A stretch of 64,000 nucleotides of DNA from an uncultured Eubacteriales bacterium (GCA_900316385.1 ONCP01000004.1:96195-160194), one strand, 5' to 3'; numbered from the stretch's first letter, positions 1-11,300 are shown. The notes: generated by a model not told the origin, from the sequence alone. Numbers and translations are program-made.

Positions 1-63
1 TCAAAACAGCTTAAAGACGCGTCCGAAAGCAATCCTTTAGGGAAAATCAAACCAAAAATTTAA
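1..63 (+). CDS. Possible 3' end of a gene entering from the left edge (partial)
   Basis: Frame 1 is open from base 1 to TAA at 61-63 and is followed by a hairpin plus T-run; too short to identify. Confidence 0.3.
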   Translation, partial: SKQLKDASESNPLGKIKPKI

Positions 64-93
64 GCGTGTGTCGTTTATGACACACGCTTTTTT
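62..93. terminator. Probable bidirectional intrinsic terminator
   Basis: aagcgtgtgtc-gtttat-gacacacgctt perfect 11-bp stem, T-run on the + side, adjacent to the lysA stop. Confidence 0.8.
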
Positions 94-1364
94 CAAAACT
101 TAAACTCAGAAAAGTCAAAGGTCGCAAAATAATCCTTGGAGGTTTCCGCTCTGCGGATCAGCTTGAACGAGCCGTCCTCTTTGAGTAATACTTCTGCACT
201 TCTGAGCTTTCCGTTGTAGTTATATCCCATTGAGAAGCCGTGAGCGCCCGTATCATGGATGTAGATCAGATCGCCGATATCTATCTTGGGAAGCATACGG
301 TCGATCGCGAACTTGTCGTTGTTTTCGCACAGACCGCCCGTTACGTCATACATACGGTCGCAGGGCTCGTTCTCCTTGCCGAGAACCGTAATATGATGAT
401 AAGAACCGTACATAGCGGGTCTCATAAGGTTTGCCGCACACGCGTCAAGACCGATGTATTCCTTGTAAATGTGCTTTTCGTGGATCGCTTTAGCTATGAT
501 CGAACCGAAAGGAGCGAGCATATATCTGCCGAGCTCGGTGTAAATCTCTATGTCCCCCATTCCCTCGGGAACAAGGATCTTTTCAAACTTTTTACGCACG
601 CCCTCGCCTATATATTTGATGTCGCTCTTGGGCTCCTCGGGCTTATAATCTACGCCTACTCCGCCCGAGAGGTTAATAAACTTGATATGTACTCCTGTTT
701 TCTTTTTGAGCCTTACGGCAAGCTCAAAGAGTATGCCCGCAAGCTCGGGGTAATATTCGTTGGAAACAGTGTTTGACGCAAGAAACGCGTGGATACCGAA
801 CTCCTTCGCGCCTGCTTCTTTTAGCTCAATAAACGCTTTTTCCATCTGCTCCTCGGTCATTCCGTACTTGGAATCACCGGGGGTATCCATTACCTGAACC
901 TTGTCCTCACTTCCCGCGAGCTCAAAGACTCCGCCGGGATTGTAGCGACAGCAGATAGTCTCGGGAACGCCGCAGACCTTCTTTATAAAGTCCACGTGTG
1001 TGTAGTCGTCAAGATTGATGTAAGCGCCCATATCATAAGCAAGCTTCATATCCTCGACAGGAGTAACGTTCGAGCTGAACATAATATCGGTGCCCGATAT
1101 ACCGCACGCCTTACAGAGCTCAAGCTCAGTGTAGGACGAGCAGTCCATACCGCAGCCTTCCTCAAAAAGGATCTGCATAAGATAAGGGTTCGGGGTAGCT
1201 TTTACCGCAAAGTACTCGCGGTAGCCCTTGTTCCAGCTGAACGCTTCGTTGAGCGCTCTGGCGTTCTCTCTTATCCCCTTTTCATCATAAATATGAAAGG
1301 GTGTGGGGATTTCTTTGATGATCTCCTGAGCCTTTTCAAGGCTCAAAAACGGTTTTTTCTCCAT
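93..1364 (-). CDS. lysA: Diaminopimelate decarboxylase
   Basis: FAVKA PLP-lysine motif, CENNDKF and HDTGAHG motifs, 423 aa. Confidence 0.92.
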   Translation of the reverse strand: MEKKPFLSLEKAQEIIKEIPTPFHIYDEKGIRENARALNEAFSWNKGYREYFAVKATPNPYLMQILFEEGCGMDCSSYTELELCKACGISGTDIMFSSNVTPVEDMKLAYDMGAYINLDDYTHVDFIKKVCGVPETICCRYNPGGVFELAGSEDKVQVMDTPGDSKYGMTEEQMEKAFIELKEAGAKEFGIHAFLASNTVSNEYYPELAGILFELAVRLKKKTGVHIKFINLSGGVGVDYKPEEPKSDIKYIGEGVRKKFEKILVPEGMGDIEIYTELGRYMLAPFGSIIAKAIHEKHIYKEYIGLDACAANLMRPAMYGSYHHITVLGKENEPCDRMYDVTGGLCENNDKFAIDRMLPKIDIGDLIYIHDTGAHGFSMGYNYNGKLRSAEVLLKEDGSFKLIRRAETSKDYFATFDFSEFKF

Positions 1365-1373
1365 TGTTTCCTC

Positions 1374-1964
1374 CTAAATTACCTCGTTAATATATTCCTC
1401 GATCACGGCTTTTACATCCTCCAGACCGTAACCGTCAACCGCTGAGAACGGGATTAGTTCCGTCCCCTCAAATTCTCCCAGTTCGTCCATAATCCCTTCA
1501 AGCCGCTTTTCGTAAGCGTTTTTTTTGAGCTTGTCCTTCTTTGTCAGAACAATAACGAAGGGTGCGTTTGAGTTGTAAAGAAAACCGAGCATATCGTAGT
1601 CGTCTTTTGTCGGTTTGTGACGTATATCTATTATCTGAATAATCAGAGCAATGTTTCTTTGAGCCGAGAGATAACCCTCGACCAGCTCAGCCCATCTCGC
1701 CTTTTCGGCTTTGGAGACCTTAGCGTAGCCGTAACCGGGAAGGTCGACAAGCCTGAATTCCTCCGCGTTGTAGAAGTTTATTGTCGCGGTTTTGCCGGGC
1801 TGAGAGCTGACGCGCGCAAGATTCTTGCGCTGTACAAGCTTGTTTATAAGCGAGCTTTTTCCGACGTTGCTGTGACCCGAAAAGACTATTTCGGGCTTTG
1901 TGCTTTCGGGAAGCTGAGAAGCGTTTCCCGAGGACGTCTCAAATTCAACCTTATTAAAATTCAT
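1374..1964 (-). CDS. engB: Ribosome biogenesis GTPase EngB/YsxC
   Basis: G1 GHSNVGKSS, G3 DLPGYG, G4 TKKD; directly after lon. Confidence 0.95.
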   Translation of the reverse strand: MNFNKVEFETSSGNASQLPESTKPEIVFSGHSNVGKSSLINKLVQRKNLARVSSQPGKTATINFYNAEEFRLVDLPGYGYAKVSKAEKARWAELVEGYLSAQRNIALIIQIIDIRHKPTKDDYDMLGFLYNSNAPFVIVLTKKDKLKKNAYEKRLEGIMDELGEFEGTELIPFSAVDGYGLEDVKAVIEEYINEVI

Positions 1965-1971
1965 AAGTCAC

Positions 1972-4377
1972 CTACTGTCTTATGGAAGTTGTTCTGCCAA
2001 TCGGAGCGTCGGGAATAATCAGATGTCTGTCGGGCTTTTCCTTTACAATAACAGGCTCAACAGTCGCCTTGCCGAGCACCTCGGTAAAGTATTCACAAGG
2101 TACGAACTCGACCGCTTCTCTTACAACGCTGTCGACCTCATCAAGATCGGGAGTGTTTTCCTTGGGAATAAAAACTGTTTTGATCCCTGCCTTGTAGGCT
2201 GCCATCGCTTTTTCCTTCAGACCGCCAATGGGAAGGATTTTTCCTCTGAGTGTAATTTCACCTGTCATGGCGATATCTCGCCTTACGGGGCGCATAGTGA
2301 GCGCGGAATAGATCGCTGTCGCCATAGTGATACCCGCGGACGGACCGTCCTTCGGCACAGCGCCCTCTGGAGCGTGAAGATGAATATCCTTCGTCTTGTA
2401 GAAGGTCTTGTCCACTCCGAGGATATCTGCGTGAGAGCGAATGCATGAGATAGCGGTTTTCGCGCTTTCCTTCATAACGTCGCCAAGGGAGCCTGTGAGA
2501 GAAATGTTACCCTCTCCGTCCATTATCGCGATCTCGATCGGGAGCATAGTTCCTCCTACGGCAGTCCATGCAAGCCCGTTTACAAGTCCTATCTCGTCGG
2601 CTTTCTCAAGCTTGTCGCCTGTATACCGTTTTACTCCGAGATAATCGCCGATATTTTTGTCGGTGAATTTAACGCTTTCTTCTTCCCCGTTGACATATTT
2701 TACGGCAAACTTTCTTATCGCCTTGGATATCTCGTGTTCCAGACGTCTTACGCCGGCTTCTTTGGTGTAGCTGTCGATCATAGTGTAAATAGCTGAGGGA
2801 GCGAATTTGACCGCCTTGTTATCAAGGCCGTTTTCCTTTATTTGTTTAGGGATCAAGTGCTTTTTGGCTATGTTGAATTTTTCTTCTCTCGTGTAGCTGT
2901 CGATCGGGATGATTTCCATTCTGTCATATAGCGGAGCGGGGATCATCGACGGGTCGTTGGCTGTCGTAATAAAGAATACCTTTGAAAGGTCAAAAGGAAT
3001 ATCGATGTAATGGTCACAGAATTTGTTGTTCTGCTCTGCGTCAAGAACCTCAAGAAGCGCGGACGACGGGTCGCCCTTATAATCGGAGCCGAGCTTATCG
3101 ATCTCGTCAAGCACTATAAGAGGATTATTGGTGCCTGCGGATTTGATCGCCGCCATAATTCTGCCGGGCATTGAGCCGATGTACGTTCTGCGGTGGCCGC
3201 GTATTTCAGCCTCGTCGTGAACGCCGCCGAGAGCGATCCTTGCGGATTTCCTGCCGATAGCCTCCGCGACCGACTGTGCGATCGAGGTCTTGCCCACTCC
3301 GGGAGGACCAACAAGACAAATTATCTGCCCCTTAACGTCGGGATTGAGCTTTCTGACGGAAAGCTGTTCAATAATACGCTCCTTGACCTTTGTCAGACCG
3401 TAATGGTTTTTATCCAGCTTTGACGCCGCGGCTTTGAGATTTAGCTTATCCTTGGTCGAAATGTTCCACGGAAGCTCAAGCACAGTATCCAGATATGTTC
3501 TGATAACAGCCGTTTCCTGAGAGCCGTAAGACATTTTCGCGAGCTTTTCGCATTCCTTTATAAGAACAGTCTCGCTCTTCTCACAAAGCTTGAGCTCCTT
3601 TATTTTTTTGATATATGTATCAGCCTCTCCCGAGGGGTTGTCTGCCTCTCCGAGCTCGTTTTCAATTATGTTTTTCTGTTCTCTGAGAAAATACTCGCGC
3701 TGCTGATCGTCAATTTTCGCGCGCGCTTTTTCGTTGATCTCTTCCTCGATTTCAAGTATCATTATTTCCTGACTGAGGATTTCGATCAACGTTTCGAGCC
3801 TTTCGGTAATGTTGAAGGTTTCGAGAAGCAGCTGTTTGTCGCGATAATCGGGAACTACGTTATTGGCGATAAAATCCGCGAGCTCTCCCCCGTTGTCATT
3901 CAGAGCGACCTTGAACATAACGTCCGAGGAAAGCTTGGGAATGAATCGGGAATACTTTTCAAACAGAGATTTGAGCGTTCTTGTAAGCGCGATCTCTCTG
4001 GCAGTCTGAAGATCGTGAAACTCAGGGATCGTGATCACCTTGGCAAAGAGGCACTTTTTGTCCTCGTAATAATCGTCCATTGAAGCTCTCATCTGACCTT
4101 CGACGATTACTCTGGTCTCTCCCTCGGGCTGCTTGATGACTTGTATGATTTTGGCTACAACGCCTGTTTTGTATAGCTCTGACGGGATCGCCTCTTTCGC
4201 GGAGGGATTCTTCTGAGCGACTAAAAATATGAGCTGGTCTTCCTTCATCGCTATGTTGATGGCGTTGCGGGATTTATCTCTGCCAACGTCAAAATGAAGC
4301 AGTGTTTTCGGAAAAACCACCAAGCCTCTAAGCGGTAATACGGGAAGATTCAAAGCTTCGGGTTCAGTAAAGTTCAT
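1972..4377 (-). CDS. lon: ATP-dependent Lon protease
   Basis: Lon N-domain, Walker A GPPGVGKTS, catalytic PKDGPSAG. Confidence 0.97.
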   Translation of the reverse strand: MNFTEPEALNLPVLPLRGLVVFPKTLLHFDVGRDKSRNAINIAMKEDQLIFLVAQKNPSAKEAIPSELYKTGVVAKIIQVIKQPEGETRVIVEGQMRASMDDYYEDKKCLFAKVITIPEFHDLQTAREIALTRTLKSLFEKYSRFIPKLSSDVMFKVALNDNGGELADFIANNVVPDYRDKQLLLETFNITERLETLIEILSQEIMILEIEEEINEKARAKIDDQQREYFLREQKNIIENELGEADNPSGEADTYIKKIKELKLCEKSETVLIKECEKLAKMSYGSQETAVIRTYLDTVLELPWNISTKDKLNLKAAASKLDKNHYGLTKVKERIIEQLSVRKLNPDVKGQIICLVGPPGVGKTSIAQSVAEAIGRKSARIALGGVHDEAEIRGHRRTYIGSMPGRIMAAIKSAGTNNPLIVLDEIDKLGSDYKGDPSSALLEVLDAEQNNKFCDHYIDIPFDLSKVFFITTANDPSMIPAPLYDRMEIIPIDSYTREEKFNIAKKHLIPKQIKENGLDNKAVKFAPSAIYTMIDSYTKEAGVRRLEHEISKAIRKFAVKYVNGEEESVKFTDKNIGDYLGVKRYTGDKLEKADEIGLVNGLAWTAVGGTMLPIEIAIMDGEGNISLTGSLGDVMKESAKTAISCIRSHADILGVDKTFYKTKDIHLHAPEGAVPKDGPSAGITMATAIYSALTMRPVRRDIAMTGEITLRGKILPIGGLKEKAMAAYKAGIKTVFIPKENTPDLDEVDSVVREAVEFVPCEYFTEVLGKATVEPVIVKEKPDRHLIIPDAPIGRTTSIRQ

Positions 4378-4399
4378 AATTTCTCCTTAAAATCCAAAA

Positions 4400-4438
4400 G
4401 CTGTAAGGTAAAATTCGTCGTTGAATTTACTTTACAGC
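4400..4438 (-). terminator. Terminator-like hairpin between clpX and lon
   Basis: gctgtaaagtaaattc / gaattttaccttacagc near-perfect stem followed by TTTT on the minus strand. Confidence 0.6.
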
Positions 4439-4448
4439 AAGTGGATCG

Positions 4449-5753
4449 TTAAGACACCTCTTCGGCGTCAATAATCTTTGAATTACTTGTTTTCGGCTGA
4501 GCTTTGAAGCCGCTTCGTATGATCTCCGGCTCAGCCTTGTTTTCTATAACATCCTCATTGATGATAATTTTAGTGATTGATTCGTCGGACGGCACCTCGA
4601 ACATAAGATCGTTCAAAACGCCCTCCATAATGCCCCTCAAGCCTCGGGCTCCTGTGGACTGTTCCTTGGCGCGCTTAGCGACGGCTTTAAGAGCGTCGTC
4701 GGTGAAGCAAAGCTCCACGCCGTCAAGCGCGAAAAGTCTCTTATACTGCTTAACGATCGAGTTTTTCGGCTCGGTAAGTATCCTGACCAAAGCTTCCTCG
4801 TCAAGACCGTTGAGCGCCGTGATCACGGGAATACGACCAACAAGCTCGGGGATGATACCGTACTTGACAAGGTCATGAGCGACTACATCGTTCATCCAGC
4901 CCGTTTCGTCAAGCACAGCCTTCTCCTGAACCTTCGCGCCAAAGCCGATCAGGGACGCGCCCTTGCGCTTCTCGACTATCTTTTCAAGTCCGTCAAAGGC
5001 TCCGCCGCAAATGAACAGGATATTTTTAGTATCAATTTGCAAAAACTCTTGTTGGGGATGTTTTCTGCCGCCTGTCGGAGGGACGTTAGCGACCGTACCT
5101 TCAAGAATTTTTAATAACGCCTGCTGTACGCCCTCGCCGCTGACGTCGCGTGTTATCGAGGGGTTTTCGGATTTACGGGAAATCTTATCGATCTCGTCGA
5201 TATAGATAATACCGCGCTCGGCCTTTTCAATATCAAAGTCGGCTGCCTGAATGAGCTTGAGAAGAATGTTCTCAACGTCTTCGCCGACATATCCCGCTTC
5301 GGTGAGCGTTGTCGCGTCAGCGATAGCGAAAGGAACGTCAAGAGCCTTGGCGAGAGTCTGGGCAAGAAGCGTCTTGCCTACGCCCGTAGGTCCGAGCAAA
5401 AGAACGTTGCTTTTTGCGAACTCAACGTCGTCGTCCTTGTTAAAAACTCTTTTGTAATGGTTATACACCGCGACACTGAGCGATTTCTTCGCTTTCTCCT
5501 GCCCTATTACGTACTCGTCAAGAATAGCCTTGATCTCAACGGGCTTGAGCAGCTGAGGGATCTCTATTTTGTTATCAACGGTCTCGTAGTTATCGTTAAC
5601 GGTCATATCGGCTTCTTCAAGGATATTGACGCAAAGATCAATACACTGATCGCAGATATATACTCCGTTACCGCCCTTTACAAGCCGTCCGACGTACTCC
5701 TGCGGCTTACCGCAGAAGGAACAATAGATGTTTTTGTCGATATTGTTAGGCAT
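4449..5753 (-). CDS. clpX: ATP-dependent Clp protease ATPase subunit
   Basis: N-terminal CSFC...CDQC zinc finger, [25 protein letters not shown] loop. Confidence 0.97.
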   Translation of the reverse strand: MPNNIDKNIYCSFCGKPQEYVGRLVKGGNGVYICDQCIDLCVNILEEADMTVNDNYETVDNKIEIPQLLKPVEIKAILDEYVIGQEKAKKSLSVAVYNHYKRVFNKDDDVEFAKSNVLLLGPTGVGKTLLAQTLAKALDVPFAIADATTLTEAGYVGEDVENILLKLIQAADFDIEKAERGIIYIDEIDKISRKSENPSITRDVSGEGVQQALLKILEGTVANVPPTGGRKHPQQEFLQIDTKNILFICGGAFDGLEKIVEKRKGASLIGFGAKVQEKAVLDETGWMNDVVAHDLVKYGIIPELVGRIPVITALNGLDEEALVRILTEPKNSIVKQYKRLFALDGVELCFTDDALKAVAKRAKEQSTGARGLRGIMEGVLNDLMFEVPSDESITKIIINEDVIENKAEPEIIRSGFKAQPKTSNSKIIDAEEVS

Positions 5754-5766
5754 ATTATATCCTCAC

Positions 5767-6348
5767 TTATCTGTTTTCAAATACCTGATCGATAAGACCG
5801 TACTCAAGCGCCTGCTGAGCGGTCATAAAGTTATCGCGGTTTGTATCCTTTGCGATAACGTCAACGGGCTGACCCGTGTTTTTGGCGAGAATTTCGTTCA
5901 GACGCTTCTTGATGTCAAGAATATGCTGCGTGTGGATCTCCATATCGGTAGCCTGACCGCGAGCGCCGCCTGAGGGCTGGTGGATCATAATATCGGCGTT
6001 GGGAAGCGCGTAACGCTTGCCCTTCGCGCCTGCCGCAAGAAGGAATGCGCCCATGCTGGCCGCCATACCTACGCAGATAGTGGAAACGTCGCACTTGATG
6101 TAATTCATTGTATCGTAAATAGCAAAGCCGTCTGTAACCGAGCCGCCGGGACTGTTGATGTAAAGGCTGATGTCCTTTGTGGGGTCCTGACTTTCGAGGT
6201 AAAGAAGCTGAGCGACGATAACGCCCGCGCTCGCGCTGTTGACCTCTTCGTTAAGGATAATGATCCTGTCGTTTAAAAGACGGGAAAAAATATCATATGA
6301 ACGTTCTCCGCGGTTGGTCTGTTCAACTACATAAGGTATCAATGCCAT
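5767..6348 (-). CDS. clpP: Clp protease proteolytic subunit
   Basis: [10 protein letters not shown] start, GMAASMG serine, IMIHQP histidine. Confidence 0.97.
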   Translation of the reverse strand: MALIPYVVEQTNRGERSYDIFSRLLNDRIIILNEEVNSASAGVIVAQLLYLESQDPTKDISLYINSPGGSVTDGFAIYDTMNYIKCDVSTICVGMAASMGAFLLAAGAKGKRYALPNADIMIHQPSGGARGQATDMEIHTQHILDIKKRLNEILAKNTGQPVDVIAKDTNRDNFMTAQQALEYGLIDQVFENR

Positions 6349-6403
6349 ACGTATCATTCCTTTCACTGATTATTAATTGGCTGTAATTTCTGAAATATAC
6401 GGA

Positions 6404-7684
6404 TTATTTAACTTTCGCGTTATCGCGAACAAGCTGCATAGCCTTCTCGACCTTGATATCCTGCGAGAGGGCTTCGGGAGCGATAAAGGTCTTGACCTGA
6501 TCGGCTTCCATATTATATGCTTCGGAAAGCTTTTTGTATTCGTTCTCAACGTCCTCGTCGGAAACCTCGATAGCCTCCTGACGGGCGATAGCTTCAAGAA
6601 CAAGACGGATCTTGACTCTCTTTTCAGCCTGAGGCTTGTAGGTGGCTTCAACAGCAGCCTTGTCCATACCTGTGTATTTGAGGTAAGTCTCAAGATCCAT
6701 ACCCTGCTGACGGAGTCTCATATCGAACTCGTTGAGCATATCTCTGACTTCGTTGTCAAACATAACCTCGGGGATTTCCTCTGTCTCAAGAGCGAAGAGA
6801 GCGTCGGTAAGCTTGTCGTCAAAGTCCTTTTCGGCATTTTCCTTGAGTCTCTCGGCGACCTTTTCCTTGAGCTCTTCCTTATATTCCTCAAGAGTGTCCT
6901 TTTCGGAAACGTCCTTTACGAACTCATCGTCAACCTCGGGAAGCTCCTTGACCTTGATCTCGTGGAGAGTGATTTTGAACTGAGCGTCCTTGCCAGCCAA
7001 GTTCTCCGCGTTGTAATCCTCGGGGAAGGTAACGTCGATCGTAAATTCCTCGCCTGTGGAATGACCTACGATAGCGTCCTCAAAGCCCGGGATAAAGTTG
7101 CCGTCTCCGAGACGAAGATTATAGTTCTCAGCCTTGCCGCCGTCAAATGCGTCGCCGTCAACAAAGCCCTCAAAGTCAATTACTGCCGTGTCGCCGTTCT
7201 GAGCGGCTCTGTCCTCAACAGTAACCATTCTGCCGTTGCGTTCTCTTACAGCCTGAAGCTCCTCGTCAACGAGCTCGTCGGTAACCTCTGTGGAGATCTT
7301 CTCGACCTCAATGCCCTTATAGCCGTCAACGGTAAGCTCGGGAGCTACGATAATAACGGCTGTGAAGGTATAACCGTCGTCGCCTACCTCGTCGATTTTG
7401 AGGTCATCAACGCCGACAGCCTTTAAATCGGCCTCAACGGTAGCCTCGGAAAGCGCTGTGGGATATGTATCCTCGATCGCGTCGTCATAGAAAACGGTCT
7501 TGCCGTACATTCTCTCTATAATATGCTTGGGAGCCTTTCCCTTTCTGAAGCCGGGGATATTGATATTCTTAACCTGTCTCTTGTAAACTCTTGTGGTTGC
7601 GGCGGTGAAGGTCTCTTTATCAACCTTTACCTCTAATTCGTACTTGTTAGCCTCTTCTGATTTTGTCGATTTGATTAAGCTCAT
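6404..7684 (-). CDS. tig: Trigger factor
   Basis: IPGFRKGKAP signature, FKBP domain (FIPGFED); start set 8 nt after GGAGG. Confidence 0.97.
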   Translation of the reverse strand: MSLIKSTKSEEANKYELEVKVDKETFTAATTRVYKRQVKNINIPGFRKGKAPKHIIERMYGKTVFYDDAIEDTYPTALSEATVEADLKAVGVDDLKIDEVGDDGYTFTAVIIVAPELTVDGYKGIEVEKISTEVTDELVDEELQAVRERNGRMVTVEDRAAQNGDTAVIDFEGFVDGDAFDGGKAENYNLRLGDGNFIPGFEDAIVGHSTGEEFTIDVTFPEDYNAENLAGKDAQFKITLHEIKVKELPEVDDEFVKDVSEKDTLEEYKEELKEKVAERLKENAEKDFDDKLTDALFALETEEIPEVMFDNEVRDMLNEFDMRLRQQGMDLETYLKYTGMDKAAVEATYKPQAEKRVKIRLVLEAIARQEAIEVSDEDVENEYKKLSEAYNMEADQVKTFIAPEALSQDIKVEKAMQLVRDNAKVK

Positions 7685-7717
7685 TTCTGATTCCTCCATT
7701 TTTTAGCATTTCGCTTA

Positions 7718-7746
7718 ATTTTAGCATAAATACCGCAATTAAGCAA
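7718..7746 (-). promoter_or_regulatory. Sigma-A promoter for the tig-clpP-clpX-lon operon
   Basis: TTGCTT-N17-TAAAAT with extended TGn. Confidence 0.6.
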
Positions 7747-7767
7747 TATATATTTCTGTTTATTTGC

Positions 7768-8457
7768 TTATCTGATCAGCAGCGGAGTAAACCCCAGCGC
7801 GTCGCATGATATAAGCCTGAAATCGATACCTTGATATTCGCCGTTGAAGGCGCCTTTGATCATATTTCTGCCGTGAATATGACCGTAGTAACATTTTTTT
7901 ACACCGTATTCACGCATTATTCCGATCATATTATCCTGAATCTGACGACCGTAAACGGGCGGATAATGCAGAAAAACGATCGGTTCTTTTAGACTCTTTT
8001 TTGCTGATTCAAGCGAGAGCCTCAGCCTGCCGCATTCCCTTTCGAGAAGCTTTTTGTCCTCGTCGGTCTCGCATTCGAGCAGCCACCCTCTTGTTCCGCA
8101 GATAACGTAGTTCTCAGCCTCATAGCTGTTATTAAAAAGGATTTTTATTGAATCAAAGCCTTTTTCCTCAAGACGGCGGTTTATTTTGGTTGCTGTTTCC
8201 CACCAGTAGTCGTGATTGCCCTTGAGAAATATCTTTGTCCCGGGAAGCGAATCGATGAAGCCAAAGTCCTCGTCGGTCTCGCACAGCTTCATTGCCCAGG
8301 AAATATCACCTGCAACTACGACCGTATCACGCTCTGTGACAAGGTTAAGCCAGTTGCGTTTCAGCCTGTCGACGTAATTGTCCCAACCGCTGAAAACGTC
8401 CATAGGCTTGTCCGTGCCGAGAGAAAGATGAAAATCCGCGATCGCGAAAACAGACAT
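7768..8457 (-). CDS. Calcineurin-like metallophosphoesterase
   Basis: DFH, GDIS, GNHD, LHYPP and GHIH motifs. Confidence 0.88.
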   Translation of the reverse strand: MSVFAIADFHLSLGTDKPMDVFSGWDNYVDRLKRNWLNLVTERDTVVVAGDISWAMKLCETDEDFGFIDSLPGTKIFLKGNHDYWWETATKINRRLEEKGFDSIKILFNNSYEAENYVICGTRGWLLECETDEDKKLLERECGRLRLSLESAKKSLKEPIVFLHYPPVYGRQIQDNMIGIMREYGVKKCYYGHIHGRNMIKGAFNGEYQGIDFRLISCDALGFTPLLIR

Positions 8458-9965
8458 TATTTTACTCCGAGAGCGCCGAGCACATAGTCGGGCATTTCGT
8501 TTGTTTTTACAACGTCGGAGAAACGCGACTTTTTGTCCTTCAGGGAAGCGAGCGGAGCGGGAATCTCAACGCCTGTGATCTTGTTAAGAAGATCGACCAT
8601 ATCAAACTCGCTCTCGGGAAGCTCTTTTCCTTCGCTTACAGCGGAAAGGACAGCCTTTGAGAACTTATAAGGACTTGCTGTCGAGGCGATAACCGTGGGA
8701 GTCTTGTCCCCTGTCTCGGATACATATTTGTCATAAACCGAAACAGCGACTGCTGTGTGAGTATCGCAAAGATAATTTTCTTCCCTGTACATCTTGGCGA
8801 TAGTTTCCTTTGTCTGAGCGTCGTCGCAGAAGCCGCCGTAAAACAGCTTGGAAACAGCGTCCCTGACCTCGGGAGTTACCTCGTATTTACCAACGGTCTT
8901 GAGCTGCGTCATCCATTCCTTTGTAATCTCATCGTTATCGCCCGAAAGCTTGTAGAGAAGTCTCTCAAGATTTGAGGATACGAGAATGTCCATAGACGGA
9001 GAAATGGTTGTGTAGAACTGACGGTTTTTGTCATATACGCCTGTGGAGATGAAGTCTGTAAGAACATTGTTGGAGTTTGAGGCGCAGATGAATTTGTTTA
9101 TCGGGAGTCCCATACAGAAGGCGTAATAGGAAGCGAGAATGTTTCCGAAGTTGCCCGTGGGAACTACTACGTTGATTTTGTCGCCGAGAGCGATCTTTCC
9201 GGAGTTTACCATATCGAGATATGATGCGATATAGTAAACGATCTGCGGAAGAAGTCTGCCCCAGTTGATGGAGTTAGCGGAGCTGAACATCATATTGTTT
9301 TTCTCGAGGATATCGGAGATCTCGGGTGTTGTGAAGATTTTCTTTACGCCTGTCTGAGCGTCGTCAAAGTTGCCTTCAATGGCGCATACTCTGACGTTTT
9401 CTCCCTCCTGAGTGTTCATCTGACGCTTTTGCATCGGGCTTACACCTAGCTCGGGATAGAATACGATAATTTTTGTATGCTCAACGTCCTTGAAGCCCTC
9501 GAGCGCCGCCTTGCCCGTATCTCCCGATGTCGCAACAAGGATCACGGCGTCTTTTCCGTCGTTTGTCTTTTTAAGCGACTTTGTGAGAAGATGAGGAAGG
9601 ATCTGGAGCGCCATATCCTTGAACGCGCAGGTAGGACCGTGCCATAACTCAAGAATATTTACGTCGTTGCCGTTATATTTCTTAAACGATAAAGGAGCGG
9701 GGTTCTCGCCGCCGAATTTCTCAACGGTGTAAGCCTTTTCAACGCACTCGTTGATTTCTTCGGCTGTGAAATCGGAAAGGAAATCCGAGAAAACCTTTTT
9801 CGCGATTCCTTTATAATCGAGTGAAAGCATATTCTTTAAGGTTTTGATGTCGTACTCGGGGAGCGACTGCGGAACAAAGAGACCGCCGTCCTTGGAAATA
9901 CCCTGAGCGATAGACTGTGAAGCGGAAACAACTTCATTTCTGTTTTCCGTACTGTTATACAGCAT
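8457..9965 (-). CDS. thrC: Threonine synthase
   Basis: HGPTCAFKDMALQ, ATSGDTG, PTGNFGN. Confidence 0.95.
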   Translation of the reverse strand: MLYNSTENRNEVVSASQSIAQGISKDGGLFVPQSLPEYDIKTLKNMLSLDYKGIAKKVFSDFLSDFTAEEINECVEKAYTVEKFGGENPAPLSFKKYNGNDVNILELWHGPTCAFKDMALQILPHLLTKSLKKTNDGKDAVILVATSGDTGKAALEGFKDVEHTKIIVFYPELGVSPMQKRQMNTQEGENVRVCAIEGNFDDAQTGVKKIFTTPEISDILEKNNMMFSSANSINWGRLLPQIVYYIASYLDMVNSGKIALGDKINVVVPTGNFGNILASYYAFCMGLPINKFICASNSNNVLTDFISTGVYDKNRQFYTTISPSMDILVSSNLERLLYKLSGDNDEITKEWMTQLKTVGKYEVTPEVRDAVSKLFYGGFCDDAQTKETIAKMYREENYLCDTHTAVAVSVYDKYVSETGDKTPTVIASTASPYKFSKAVLSAVSEGKELPESEFDMVDLLNKITGVEIPAPLASLKDKKSRFSDVVKTNEMPDYVLGALGVK

Positions 9966-10004
9966 AAAATCACCCTTTCATATCTTTATATTTTACTATA
10001 AAAC

Positions 10005-10937
10005 TCAGTATTTGTCAAAGTTTTCGCAGAATTTGAACGTGTTTTCAAAAAATATTTTTTTGACGAGAGATTCGTTGTAATTTTCTCTTAAAAACAACTC
10101 ATAAACCTCTCCCATACTGTCTATTCCGACTAAATCATTCGGAAGCTCGCACCCGTCAAAATCAGCGCCGAAGGCGAGAGCGTCCTCTCCTCCGAGAGAA
10201 AGCATATGCTCCGCGTGTTTTATTATATCGAATTTTGAGGCTTTATCGGGATCGTCGTTTAAAAAATACCTGTGAAGATTAAGCCCAACAATGCCGCCGC
10301 GGTTCACAATAGCCCTGAAATGCGAGTCGGTGAGATTTCGCTTGACGTTAGTAACAGACCGCGAATTTGAATGTGTAGCGACTATCGGTCTGCTGCTGTG
10401 ATTCAGGACGTCATCAAGAAGTCTGTCGCTCGCGTGTGATACATCAACGGCAATTTTTCGTTTTTCAAGCTCACTTATGACCTCGATACCGAACGGAGTT
10501 ATCCCGTTTGAATGGGTTACCATAGCTCCTGCTCCCAGCTCGTTGCGGCCGTTCCACGTCAAGGTGACGAATTTTACACCGCATCTTTCAAACAACTCGA
10601 TGTTTTCAAGCCTGCCGGCAAGCGGAGAAGCGTTTTCAACAGTGAAAATCGCTCCCTTTCCCCCGTTTTCTGTGACGGATTTAATATCCTCAAAGGATTT
10701 TATTATTCTAATATCGAATTTTAAGCACTGCTCCTCGAGTCTTTGATACGCCTTCAAAAACATATCCGTCGCCCGTTCTCCGCGAATCTCCTCGGGAACG
10801 CAGATGGCGAAGCACTGGATATACGGCGACAAAAAAGCTGATTTTTGAGGAGTTATGTGAAACAAAGGATTTGAAATGTCGCAGCCCTTTGCGAGCGATT
10901 CATAGATAGTGTCGCAATGCAGATCAAAATATCTCAT
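10005..10937 (-). CDS. Membrane dipeptidase family (M19) protein
   Basis: DLHCD, LTWNGRN, VDVSH, ATHSNSR and GADFDG motifs. Confidence 0.88.
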   Translation of the reverse strand: MRYFDLHCDTIYESLAKGCDISNPLFHITPQKSAFLSPYIQCFAICVPEEIRGERATDMFLKAYQRLEEQCLKFDIRIIKSFEDIKSVTENGGKGAIFTVENASPLAGRLENIELFERCGVKFVTLTWNGRNELGAGAMVTHSNGITPFGIEVISELEKRKIAVDVSHASDRLLDDVLNHSSRPIVATHSNSRSVTNVKRNLTDSHFRAIVNRGGIVGLNLHRYFLNDDPDKASKFDIIKHAEHMLSLGGEDALAFGADFDGCELPNDLVGIDSMGEVYELFLRENYNESLVKKIFFENTFKFCENFDKY

Positions 10938-10946
10938 AATCTCACC

Positions 10947-11300
10947 TTACGCGAATGCGTTTTCGATATAATTTATGCTGAATTTACCTTTTTGGTCAAC
11001 TACGACCTCGGCGATATCAAAGCGAGGCTGTTTTTTGACCTTATATATTGACATATATGAATTTGCGGCCGAAAGTATCCTTGCTTGCTTTTTTTGATCG
11101 ACAGATGCGGAGGGGTCGAGCATTTGTCCCGCTGTTCTGGTTTTCACCTCAACGAACGCGATAATATCGCCTTTTTCGGCAATAATGTCAACCTCGCCGA
11201 AACCTGTTCTGAAATTCCTGTAAAACAGCTTGTATTTATTTTTTTTGAGATATCTCGCGGCGAACTTCTCGCCCTTTACGCCTAATTCCTGTGTGTTCAT
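10947..11300 (-). CDS. yraN: YraN family putative endonuclease
   Basis: GEVDII..FVEVKTR PD-(D/E)xK motif, RFD; follows rnhB. Confidence 0.9.
   Translation of the reverse strand: MNTQELGVKGEKFAARYLKKNKYKLFYRNFRTGFGEVDIIAEKGDIIAFVEVKTRTAGQMLDPSASVDQKKQARILSAANSYMSIYKVKKQPRFDIAEVVVDQKGKFSINYIENAFA

Noticed and set aside
6377-7426. 349-aa plus-strand ORF opposite tig, and the many similar antisense ORFs opposite ileS, leuS, topA, dprA and the dehydrogenase
   Set aside because: Explained by codon bias of highly expressed minus-strand genes; the translations resemble no family.
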